In this document: piece after piece, positions 36,968 to 50,100 of the stretch | Layout of the letters: each line of letters begins with the position of its first letter | Position numbering within the stretch: position 1 is the stretch's first letter | DNA from: Octopus bimaculoides | Lineage: Eukaryota | Assembly (NCBI RefSeq): GCF_001194135.2 | Contig: NC_069007.1 | Location: 21,570,505 to 21,624,666, forward strand | Reading direction: 5' to 3' | DNA: 54,162 bases | The notes under the pieces: generated by a model | Databases searched by the model: none | What the model was told of the DNA's origin: nothing | The model's input: only the letters and a program-made list of their open reading frames with translations | Program-made: the position numbers and the translations under genes

Positions 36968-39900
36968 ACAACCGGCTGGCAGATCTATAAATATGTCTTG
37001 TGATGACAGGTGCTTGTCTTTTGAACCTTCCTTCAATTTATTTCTGTTGTTGTTTGTAATTAATTACAGGAGATAATCAGCTTGACTTCCAGTGTCAGTT
37101 GTCTCACTCGTTAAAAGTCATGCATCTTTTTATCTCGCAATCATTTCAGTCGTTTTAACTTGCGGCCATGCTGGGGCGCCAACTGGAATGGTTTTAGTTG
37201 AAACCAATTGACTACCCACCCCATACCCCGGATTTATTTTTAAAACCTAGTGCTTATTCTAACCGCTAAGTTACAGGGATGTAAACACACCAACACCGGC
37301 TGTCAGGTGGTGGTGTGGGACAAACAAACAAACACACACACATATGTGTATATACTTTTGTTATTAAAACTGCCAAATCATCCCAAAATAAAACTGCTAC
37401 ACAGTTTCAAGTTCCCATTTGTCAGGCAATTGTGATACAGAATGAAATAAAATATATATATATTTTATATATATCGTTTAACGTCCGCTTTCCATGCTAG
37501 CATGGGTTGGATGATTTGACTGAGGACTGGTGAAACCGGATGGCAACACCAGCCTCCAATCTGATTTGGCAGAGTTTCTGCAGCTGGATGCCCTTCCTAA
37601 CGCCAACCACTCCGAGAGTGTAGTGGGTGCTTTTACGTCTCACCCGCACGAAGGCCAGTCAGGCGGTACTGGCAACGACGTATGTATGTATGTATACAGA
37701 GTGGCCCAAAAGCAGGTTTACAGTTATCACATAGGCAGTTTAAATTTCTATCTTACAATCATATTGTTTCTGCACATCTTAAACAGATAATGTTCAATCT
37801 CTCAGATGCTCAAAATGTCCTCCTTCGACATTGTAACGTTCTTCAAACCTCTTCAGAACACCCTGACACGCAGTGCGGCACAAACTCTGATCTCCATCAA
37901 ATGCTTAGCGGTATTTCGTCTGTCTTTACATTCTGAGTTCAAATTCCACCGAGGTTGACTTTGCCTTTTGTCCTTTCAGGGTCAACAGATTAAGTACTGG
38001 GGTCGATCTAATCGACTGGACCCCTCCCCCAAAATTTCGGGCCTTGTGCCTAGAGTAGAAAAGAATATTCTTCTAACCATTGCTCATTGTCTCTTTTTAA
38101 CCAAACCCAGAGGTTTGCCTTTTCCGCTGTGTCCTGGATATGTCACTTCTGATGGTATTTGCTTTACAATGAACTAAGCCTAGCAACAACAACAATTGCC
38201 ACCCTACCCTTTAAAGAATATTTTAGGGTTACATTAACATATTGTTTCCTTATTTAAGATAGCAAGGTATAACCTAAGGGAGAGTTGGCTGTTATTTCTA
38301 GCAGTTTGAAAGATCACAGAGGCTCCCTGTCCTTTTGTCTTGTTTGAACAGGTATTTTTAGAGCTGGCTTGCTATGTCATCACAATGCATACTTACAGGC
38401 TTGTTCTACATAAAATTCCACAAAATAGATTTGTTGTCCCTGAATGCCATCTGTTTGTGCCATAAACTAAGATGGCTAAGGAGGGATTATTGTGATCTTA
38501 AACCTTAAAACAGGTCTTAGCTTGTGGTTTTTATTTTTACAACTAGTTCATCATTTTAATGTCTGCTTTTTCATGCTTGCATGTGTCAAGCTGTGTTTAT
38601 TAAGGCAGGTTTTCTATAGCTGGGAGCCCTTCCTGCCATTAATCCTCACCTGTTTCCAAGCAAGGTAATAGTTTCCCAGGGTCAGACATGGTCTCGCAGA
38701 ATGTCGGAAATGAATGACGCTGCGTGGATGACAGCAAGCAATCATTCTACACCTATTTTGCTGCATCAAGACAAGAAGACACAAACACACATGCACTCAC
38801 ACGCACATATATGCATTTATGTCTGCTATAATAATACATACGAATGAGAAAGGAAGGGGTGATAGATGAACAAGGAAGGAAGGGGTGAGGAAAAAATCAA
38901 ACAGCATTTCAACTCTGTGAGTATGTGTGTGTGTGTAAAAAGAGAGGTGTGTGTGTGTGTGTGTGTGTGTCTCGTAGGTTCTTCTGTTCTTTTGACAGGT
39001 CTTGTTTTCAGTCTTGCTGGCTTTCTAGCAAGCTTAGTGGACGGGGTGCAGTTTAGTTACCAACAATCTAACCATGCATCAGCTCGTACTGAATTCCATG
39101 TTACTAGTAGCCCTCAGGGAAGACCTCCCAAGTAACCTGTTAAAGGCATCTGATCAAATTAACGAGCAAGCTTCGAATCTTCATTTAGGTAGAATATTTT
39201 TAACAATTTATCGTGTAAAAGTTGATAAAAATTAGTACAATCTGTGACATTCTTCATTGACAAGTTTATTTTCTCGTTAATTGTAAAAACAATATTGATT
39301 TATAAGGATGCTGTTGTGTTTTTATTTTATTCATTTGTGTTTTGACTTGTTTGCTTGTCTGATTGTTTCTTTAGTATCTGCTGAAGTGTATTAGAAACTT
39401 AACTGTAGCTAGAGTTTGGTGTGTGTGTGTGTGTGTGTGATTTGCTGTGCTTGAGAAGACATACCAAGCCAAGTGAAATCGTAGTCGTGGCCAGTGCCAT
39501 TGACATGTAAAAGCATCCGTCCCAGTGACACATAAAAGGTACCCACTGCACTCTCGAAGTAATTGGAGCTAGAAAGGGCATCTGGTTGTGGAAACCAGGC
39601 CCAATTCAGACTGGAACTTGGTGTAGCTCTCGGGCTTACCAGTTCCAGTCAAGCCGTCTAACCCATGGAAAGCCGATGCTAAATGATGATGATGATGACA
39701 GACGATAACTTCATGTTTCAGTCTTATGACCTCATCAGCAAAGTCTAGACTTTGCTGGTTTTGCCAAAGTAGGGATGGGAGACTCACCAACCGCATGTAT
39801 GAGAATGTACCCGGGTTGATTTAGGGAACTAGAATTGTTTTGAGAATAACTGACACACCACCCACTTCTTCACATCAACAACAATAACAAGACTGAGTGT

Positions 39901-40007
39901 TGTGTAATTGAAAATAGTGTAAAGCAGGTTATTTTTAACATATGGTGTATTTTCAACAAGTCTTTCCATGTGGTGAATGCATGCGTGTGTGTGTGTATGT
40001 ATGTATA

Positions 40008-40057
<50 letters not shown>

Positions 40058-41954
40058 CATATGCACATATATAATGTATGTGTGTGTGTGTGTCGAAGAC
40101 CTATAAATCAGTTGTAACAAGTGTGCACATAGTGCGTGTGTATGCACACGTGTATGTGTATGCTCACGTGTGTATGCACACGTGTATGTGTATGCTCACG
40201 TGTGTATGCTCACGTGTGTATGCACATGTATGTGTATGCGTGTATGAGAAACTATAAAACTGACATTACAACACAACTGCTGTTATGAACAGAACTTGTT
40301 TTTAATGTTTTAACTTGTCCAGGTCAGCTCCCTCAATCAAGCTTATCTATGAGGAAAAAAACCCCAGCAATCCAACCATGACCACCCCATCTTTTTGGGG
40401 GTAATATCACTACATCATACAATGTGTCTTGCACACCTTTTTGTTGGGGGGGTTTTTTTTTGTTAAAAAAGAAAAACAAAAGGGGAGTAGGGTGTAATTT
40501 GAGGGAGATTAACTGTTGTCCCTTGCAGTTTGAATGACAAGTGGGGGTTCCTTCATTGTTGAAATATAATTAGTATACACGATGGCAGTGGCAGTAGGGT
40601 ACTTGCTTTTAGAGTACCATGTAATTGCAGCTATTTACTATTTTAATCATAATCATTAGTGACAAGGGTTGATTCCCATGGTGATGGTGGTATCATGCTG
40701 CTGCTACTACTACTGATGGTGGCGGTGGCGGTGGCGGTGGTGGTGGTGGTGGTGGTAATATTAGCCTGGAGGTAGAATGGTATTATAACAGCTGTTATGT
40801 GTTATTTTAACGCTCTGAGTAGGAATACTTAAAGCTCTTCAAAATTCAATTTTCTGACAGTTTATTCGAGATTTGATTGATTGACAATAAATGCTTTTTT
40901 TTTTAATGCTCAGAAATATGTTATTTGTGTACTTTATGAATGTAAAGACTATACAAAAGCGACATTACAAGACTTGCTGTATTATATAGCAAGCGATTAT
41001 AATAACAATTCTCCCTGTATATTGAAGATGCTTTGTTCATGTATATACAGATGTGTATATCATCATCATCATTTAACGTTTGTTTTCCATGCTAGTATGG
41101 GTTTGACTGAGAGCTGGGGAGCTGTACCAAGTTCCAATCTGATTTGGAAAAGTTTCTATGGCTGGATGCCATTCCTAACGCCAACCACTCCAATAGTGTA
41201 GTGGGTGTTTTTTTTTTTTACATGCCACTGACATCAGCCATTCCTGAATATGGTTCTGAGATCCTTAAACTTCTCCATTTGTCTCAAAAATGTTCCACTA
41301 ACAGACAAACTGCAACAAGAAGGCTTTCTTGAGAAGACCAACGTCTCAGTTCTTCACAGCACCAATTCTTTTCCCTGCCTTGCGACGTTCAAACCTCCAC
41401 CACCACCACCACCAGCTGATGCCTGATAACTAAACTATCCTATGACATTGTTGTACTCAATAAGTGTGTAATTGTGTCATTTGTTTCTATTTCAGCTGTC
41501 TTTCTTTGAACCTTCTGCAGCGGACACGATCCAACTGACTGAGGGCAATATACAAAGCATTTTTGGTCAGTATCATTTAGTAAACCACTTTAACACTTTT
41601 TACATGAATATGCATACATACATACATCCGTCCATCCATCCATCCATCCATACATACATGTGTCCATACATGCATGCATACACACCTACATACATCTGTT
41701 TCTCCATGAGATAATATCTCCCCATGGCCAGACATGTTTTCCATGGCAAACCAGAAACATGCAATATATCTTGTATGATAGTGGCACTTGTTTAGAACCA
41801 GTGATGCCGTCAAGAGGTAGGCCCCGAAACGGCGCACATTTTCTCCTGACAACCCCATATACTTGCTGGCTTCTGGTATGCGGAGTTTTTGACTGGTAGC
41901 ATTTGCATGTGCAAGTTGTTTGCAAAACACGACTATGTTACTGTCTCTCATTGA

Positions 41955-42016
<62 letters not shown>

Positions 42017-45000
42017 CTCTGTATAATGTTACCCCTGACCGTTACCCCCTCCATCAGCCTTTCACTCTAAATCTACCATTTTCTATTTCAGCCAGACATG
42101 AATTAGTATTTGTAAATTTTTATGCAGACTGGTGAGTTAACATTTTCTTGTTTATTTCTGTTGTTTATTTCTAGATTAGGGGAAAGTAGGGCTCTTATTT
42201 AGGCACCTTTTAATGAGGATCAGTATTTTATTCCCTCTGTTTAGGTACTGCCTAATGATGGACAGTGTCTGTCTCCTTCCTTAGGTACCTTCTAATGGAA
42301 AGTGGTCTGTCTCCTTGTTTCGATTCCTTGTACTAAAAATCCTTCAAGGTGGTGCCCCAGCATGGCCACAGTCTAATGACTGAAACTAGCAAAGGAATTA
42401 CAGACACGTACGTCCATAGTTGTGGCATTTTCTGGTTTGCAAGCAAAGTGTCCCCTTGCAATGCAAAGAGGGGTTAGAAATTTGAATTTAAAATTGAGGA
42501 ATATATATATAGGTGCAAGGAGTGGCTGAGTGTGGTGGTTCCAGGTTCAGTCCCACTGCGTGGCACTTTGGGCAAGTGTCATCTGCTATAGCCTCGGGCT
42601 GACCAAAGCCTTGTGAGTGGATTTGGTAGATGGAAACTGAAAGAAGCCTGTTGTATATATATGTGTGTGTGTTTGTACCCCCAACATTGCTTGACAATTG
42701 ATGCTGGTGTTTACATCCCCGTAACTTAGCAGTTCAGCAAAAGAGACTGATAGAATAAGTGCTAGTAGGCCTACAAAGAATAAGTTCTACTGTTGATTTG
42801 TTTGACTAAAGGTGGTGCTCCAGCATGGCCGCAGTCAAACGACTGAAACAAATAGAAGCATCTCCCTGCTCCCTGCTAAACTGCTCTCCATTGATGCCAT
42901 TTCAGGTGCCGTTTCAGTCAGATTTTAGCGCCAGTCTTTGATGAATCTTCCAAAAAAATAAAAGAAGAATTTCCAGTAAGTATTTCAGTATTTTCGACAA
43001 TTCCATGAAACAGGTTAAATGCATCCACCCTTATTTATCACAGATGTTTTTGGTTCCAAAAAAAAAAAGGGGGTTCACAGTGATAAGTGAATAATAGAAC
43101 ATGTGAGGGCCTATAGGTTTCATTCTTGAGACCCCAAGTTGTCTCATTAACTTGCCCCAGTAATATCTCAACAGTTTTTCGACTTTGTCAGGCTATTTGC
43201 TCGAACCAGTGCAACTCTTCCATGCCAGACTTGTTGATTGAGTTATGCAAGCATGCACTGTCAGGCCTGAGTTTGATCTTTTGGTGGCCAAGATATTTCA
43301 TCTGCCACAACTACAGATCATCATCATCGACATCATCATTTAATGTCCGCTTTCCATGCTGGCATGGATCGGACAGTTTGATAGGAAGCAGCCAGGCAGA
43401 AGACTGCATCAGACTTCTGGGTCTGTTTTGGCAGGGTTTTTACGGCTGGATGCCCTTCCTAACAGCAACCACTCTGCAGAGTGTATTGAGTGCTTTTTAC
43501 ATGGCACCAGCACAGGCGAGGTCAGTTTTGGCATGGTTTTTACAGACGATAGCAGTAATTTACTAAACTGAATGGTTTGATCCTGACCCTTGACCTTTGT
43601 TTTCTGGTCATCCATTCTGCATCTAGGGATATTTACCATTGACCCAAGAACTTCACCTGCCAAAATACTTCACATCTTCCATGCTGCAGCTCCTGATTTC
43701 AGCAGACTCGATGTGGTTGGGAAGCAAGCTTCTTTCGATATAATCATTCCTGCGCCTGTCCACGGTTGGAACAGCACTGAAGACTTCCTCTTGTGTTCCA
43801 TGTTTGGAAATGGTTAAATCTGCACTGGTTCACCTTCTCGTCTGCCTCCTCCCACTACTACAACTTCTTCTCCTCCCACTTTTCCTTTTCTACTGTTGAA
43901 AGGATTTCAACTTCAAACACAAATTAATGAAACCCTTTCCAGTCGTGTGTGTGCACCCATGTCTGTAGAGGTGCATGGCTTAGCAGTTAAGGGTGTTGGA
44001 CATATGATTGTGAGATTGTGGTTTCAATTCCTGGACAGGGGCCGTGTTGTGTCCTTGAGCAAAACACTTCATTTCACGTTGCTCCAGTCCACTCAGCTGG
44101 CAAAAATCAAGTAATCCTGTGAGGGACAGGTATCCTGTCCAGGTGAAGAACATGTACACCATGGAAACCAGAAAACCGGCCCTTAAGGGTCGACATTACT
44201 CAAGAAGGTAACCTTTACCTTTATGTGTCTGTAGATGTTGTGTGTGAGTGGATTGTGGAAGTGTGTGTGTGTGTGTGTGTGTATGTGTGGTTGTGAATGT
44301 GTTCAGTCCACCAATTGATTGACATAATTTCATTTTCTCTCTCTCCCCTTTTTTCCCCAGAATCCTGGTAAAATAGCATTTGGAAGAGTTGACTGTGATG
44401 CAGAAAGTAAGTGACATCATCTTTACATATTCTCTTTGTATTTCATCATCATTGTTGACACCATCATCATCATCATCATTTCTTTATTCTATTTGTTCTT
44501 TTTTTTTTTTTACGTCCTCTCCCCTGTCAATGACTTCCTCCTCCTGGAAGTTTGTAAAATGAATACCAGTAATTGGTTGGGGTCTGTTTAGTTATTTCCT
44601 TTCATTGGGAGACAACAGGATAGACTTGGATTAACGAGATGACAAACAGACTAATCAAACGATTGAACGATGAAATGAACAATTAATCAAGCAATTGATT
44701 ACTAAACTGGCTAATTAGTTAATTGGTTAACTTGTGATGACAATAACAAGAAACAAAATAGAAACAGAACATATTTTTTATTGGCAAAAGGGTTGTCCCT
44801 GGATACAATATACAGTAAGACCTCATTTTATGAGACTCCAGGTTTACAAATTTTCAAGAGTTTATATTTTGTTTACAAGTTTTCGCTTTACGAGCATTCT
44901 CCAGGAATGAATTAATCAAGGCATTACTGTGTATATATGTGTATGCATGTGTTTGTGTGTGCATGCATATTTGTGTATGTGTCATTATTACTGTGTAATG

Positions 45001-46730
45001 TCTGTTTTTCATGCTTGTATGGGTTGAATGGTTTGACAGGACTGTCTCAAGCTCTGGTGTCTCTCTGCTTCGATACGGTTCTATGGCTTGATGCCTTTCC
45101 TAATGCAAACCACTTTACAGAATTGTATTGAGTGCTTTTTCTGTGGAACCAGCACGAGTGAGGTCAGCAAGTGATTTGCAAGACAAGGCCCTTCATCTGA
45201 GTTTGGGGTGTGCAGTATTGAGGTGGGTGGCTTTATGCCAAGTGTCGGGATGTTAAACTATGATGGAAGGAGAGTAGCTTTAGGGGAGATGTATGGTTAC
45301 CACCCCAGGTTGGAAAGGAAAGAGGAGGCTGGTAAAGATCTGTCTATATGGTGTGTGTGTGTGTGTGTGTTTCTTCTTGTATGTATTTATCTTATCTCTG
45401 GACTGTTTTATTTCTTTATTTAGCCAGTGTATCATCATCATATCACATCAGTAAGTATCCCACATTAAAGCTGTTCCGGAATGGGCAAGCGGTGAAAAAA
45501 GAATATCGGGGCCAGAGGTCCGTCGATGCTTTGGCGGAATACATCCGGGAGCAGCTTAGGGATCCAATCCAAGAAGTGAAAACCTCGGAGGGTCTCGATG
45601 AGCTTGATGTAAGTATTTCATCATCACCATCATCACCATCATCATTTTCACCACCACCATCATCATTGTCACCACCATCACCATCATTTAGTGTTTATTT
45701 TTCTATGCTCGCATGAGGCAGATCTCTCTCTGGTCCCTTTTCTCTCCCCAATCCTTGCCTATTTCCAAGTAAGATAATATTTCCCCAGGACCAGACATGT
45801 TTTCATGGAAGATTGGAAATGAAGAACTCTCGTTTGCATGATGGGGATGCTCACATGATGTCAAGGCAAAAAAGACAGCAATACACACACAGCAGGCTTC
45901 CACACAGTTTCTGTTTACCAAATTCACTCACAAGGCTTTGGGTCAGCCTGGGGCTATAATGGAAAGACTCTGTCCATGGTGCTCTGCAGTGGGACTGAAC
46001 TGAAAACCATGTGGTTCGGAAGCAAACTTCACCTTCACATCCATCTGACTGATGCTTTGGAGTACCTTAATTCTTGGATTATCTTACCCGACTGGATTAC
46101 CTCCACGGATTATGTCACATCATCAGATTACTTCTCGGAGTATGCCAGTTCTTCACCCTTGATCAGGCTTCTTACCACACAGCCATGCTCGGACCTAATT
46201 TGGGAGGGAAAAAAAAAGACAAAAAAAATAATTTTTAACCTTTTGCTTGTTTTAGAAATCATCATCATCATCATTTAACATCCGTTTTCCATGCTGGCAT
46301 GGGTTGGACGGTTTAATTGAAACCTGCTAAGCTGGGGAGCTGCACCATGTTCCAATCTGGTTTGGCAGGGTTTCTATGTGCTGGTTCCACATAATAGGCA
46401 CCTGGCACTATCTGTAGAGTGGTTGGCATTAGGAAGGTCACCCAGCCATAGAAATCTTGCCATGACAGACAATTGGAGCCTGGTGCAGCTCTCCAGCCTT
46501 TCCAGCTCCAATCAAACCGTCCAACCCATGCCAGCAAGGAAAACATGTTGAATAATGATGTCAAATCATGTTAAATGATGTCGTTCTAGGACATTAGGAG
46601 TTCAAATCCTACCCAAATCTACTTCACATTTCATCCCATCCAAGCTTGATTAGTCAGCCTCTACGTGAAACCTAATCAAGCAAACTTATTTCAATCAGGT
46701 GTCATCATCATCATCATCATCATCATCATG

Positions 46731-46772
<42 letters not shown>

Positions 46773-47100
46773 TCTCTCTCTGCTGGTTAGCTTTGACTTA
46801 TCCTTTCAGAATTGGGAGGTAAAAGAAAAGAAAAGTACCAGTAATATACTTGTGTGCATTACTTCTGCCCCTCCCTATCTAAGAACCTCCAATGTTATTA
46901 TTATTATTATTATTAGCTGGCAGAATCGTTAGCAGTATTTTATCTGCCATGTTCTGAGTTCAAACTCCACTGCAGTTGACTTTACCTTTCATCCTTTTAG
47001 GGGTCGATGAATTAAATACCAGGGAAACACTGGGGTCAATTTAATCGACTGGTCCCCTCCCTCCAAATTTCAAGGCCTTGTACGTATAGTAGAAAGGATT

Positions 47101-47133
<33 letters not shown>

Positions 47134-50100
47134 GTTGTCTTTTTTATACGTCTTTTCTCAGACAAAGAAGCGAAACATCATCGGCTACTTTGCTGACAAG
47201 GAGTCAGAAGGCTACAAGACCTATATGCGGGTGGCCAGTCAGCTGAGGGACGACTGCCCTTTCTACGCTGCTTTCGGGTAAGTTTACTTAGGCCTTTAGT
47301 ATTCACATTACTCTGCCATAGACTGACACTGTAGAGAAGGTGCAAGAGGCCAGATCTGGCCAGTTTAACCCTTTAGCATTTCAGATTTCTCTGTCAAACG
47401 TTCTACTTATTTATTCACATTGTCTTGAATTAATCCAGCGTTATCTCGTAGCTTCAAGATGTCTATGATGTAATTGCTTATTTTTAGGATGACATTGTAG
47501 GGAAAGTGTGAGCGGCCACATCTGGCCCATTTGGACATAAAACAAGGCAGAATATTTAGGCTGAATAAGGCCAGTTTAAATGCTAAATGGTTAATCCTTT
47601 TAATGCCAACCCATCTGAAACTGTCCCTAGTTCTGTGGTAGAAACCTTTAAAGCAATCTACATTAAAACAACTTGCCATCAAAATTTCATGTTTCATTTA
47701 TGTTCCAAACATTAGTTTAATAATGACAGTTGTTCCAATAAATTCTTTATTAGTCTTAAAACTAATTAAAACAAAACAGTGTATATTGACAGATATATAA
47801 CAACAAAAGGGTTGAAGTGATCTTTATTAAAACTTTCCATCAAAACTTCATGTTAATTTAAGTTCCAGACACCAGTTTAATAATGACAAAGTTATTTCAA
47901 TAAATTCTTCATAATTTTCAAAAGTAATTGAAACAAAAGTAAGTGTATTTCAACAGAAATATGGTAACAAAAGGGTTGAAGTGATCTCTAAATTAAAACC
48001 TAATAAAAATAATCTTGAAATGCTTCTAATTATTTTCCAGGCCCATTGCTGAGGCTGAAAGAAATGGAGCAGACACTATTGCTTTCAGACCACCAAATGT
48101 AATTATGATTATTATTATTATTGTTGTTGTTGTTGTTATATATTGGTTAATGTACAGTGTATGGGGGTGGAGAGACTTGCAGAAGGGGTGACTAGAACAG
48201 AGACTTGTGTGTCTTGTGGAGCTGGTTTGAGAGAGCAGCATTGGAGAATGTATTTCATTGAAGTCATAGGATATTGTAGTAGTAGTAGTAGTAAACTGGT
48301 GAAAGGGTAGTGGGGAGAGAGGAAGATAGGGAAAAGAAAACAGAGAGGGTGAGTACTTGTAGAGAAGTGTGTGTGGGTGGATGNNNNNNNNNNCTTCAAA
48401 CTTTGTTGTTTTTTTTCTTCATTTCTGTTGTTTCTCTTCCTGCAGACTCATAGGCAAGACAAAATCTTCACTGGAGCCATCACCAACTACGACCATTTAC
48501 AGCAGTGGATATTTGATAAATGTGTCCCTCTCGTACGAGAGATCACATTTGAAAATGCCGAAGTCAGTTACCCCTTTATTGTAAATCTATACCTTTTGTT
48601 GTAGTTTTAGCCCCTGTTAAGAGGGTTCTGTAAAGTTTTCTGGCTTTAAGGGAATCGTGAAAGGCCTGGTTGTAGGCCCAGCCTTCCAAGTTCTTTCACA
48701 GGGCTTAGAAAAACTGAAGGACCACTGCAACAAGTGTGTGAATCTGAGAGGGGCAATATGTTGAATAAAACCGTAACTGAGCCTCATGTAATTTCTTTTA
48801 CCCAAAGCCAGGAACTTTTCATCACCACCTCATAGATTTGACCCCTTTTTTAATTTAGCCCTTGTTGGTTTCCCTTAGTTGTTGCTTTTAGTCCTTGATG
48901 TCTGTGTTGTTATTTGTTTAACTCTTTAGCATTCAGAGGGCCTGGTGTTGGTGCGACGTAAAAAGCACCGAGTGCCCTCCGTAAGGTGGTTGGAATTAGG
49001 GCATCCAGCTATAGAAACCAGGCCGAAACAGACCCTGGGACCTGGTGCAGCCTCCTGGACTTGCTAGTTCCAGTCAAGCTGTCCAACCCATGCCAGCATG
49101 GAAAACAAACATTAAATGATGGTAATTACTCTGTCAAATGTTTTTGCTCATTTATTCCTGTTGTTTTGAATTAATCCTGTGTTATCTCATAGCTTCACAA
49201 TTTCAATGATGTGATTGCTCACTTTTGAGACATTGTCAGGTGGGTGTGAGAGGCCAGATCTGGCTGGTTTTAATGCAAAAGGGTCAATTGAACTTTGACC
49301 ATGTCTGTATTCTGTTAAACTTAACGAATCTTTATTGCTTTAAACTAATTAGCTGATTTGTATTTTGTAGAATAAATTATTTGCATATTATCTAACAAAT
49401 TGTTAAACGAATATTACACAGCTGACCCACAGACGTGGCTGTGTGGTAAGAAGCTTGCTTCCGGGTTCAGTCCCAGTGCATGGCACCTTGGGCAGGTGTC
49501 TTCTACTATAGCCCTAGGCTATCCAAAGCCTTGCAAGTAGATTTGGTAGGCGGAAACTGAAAGAAGCCCGTCGTATATATTCATATGTGTGTTTGTGTGT
49601 GTGTCTCCGCTTGTCTTGACATCTGTCAGGTTAAGCCAGTGTCTTCACTCCACCTTTTCATTCGATCTCTTTCCATCTGTCTCAGGAACTCACAGAAGAG
49701 GGTCTACCATTCCTTATACTATTTCACCATCCAGATGACCATGACATCGTTGAGAAGTTCACCGCCGAAGTTTCTAAACAGTTATTAAGTGAAAAAAGTA
49801 AGAAAGGGGCATATCTGGGGTTTTTGGGAAACATTTTTCTCTTCTATTCTTCAAGTTCAAGGCCCAACTCTCTCTTGCTCTCTCTCTCTCTACACACACA
49901 CACACGCACACATATTTATATTTCTTTCTCTCTCTCTCTCCACATGTATTTATATTTCTCTCTCTCTCCACACACACATTTATTTCTCACTCTTTCTCTC
50001 TCTCTCCCCATACACACATTTATATTTCTCTCTCTCTCNNNNNNNNNNNNNNNNNNNNNNNNNNNNNNNNNNNNNNNNNNNNNNNNNNNNNNNNNNNNNN

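Noticed and set aside
39074-39235. 53-aa [20 protein letters not shown]… as a nearer ERp44 first exon
   Set aside because: Its donor is phase 1 (exon 2 needs phase 0) and the peptide is not signal-like. No homology recognised.
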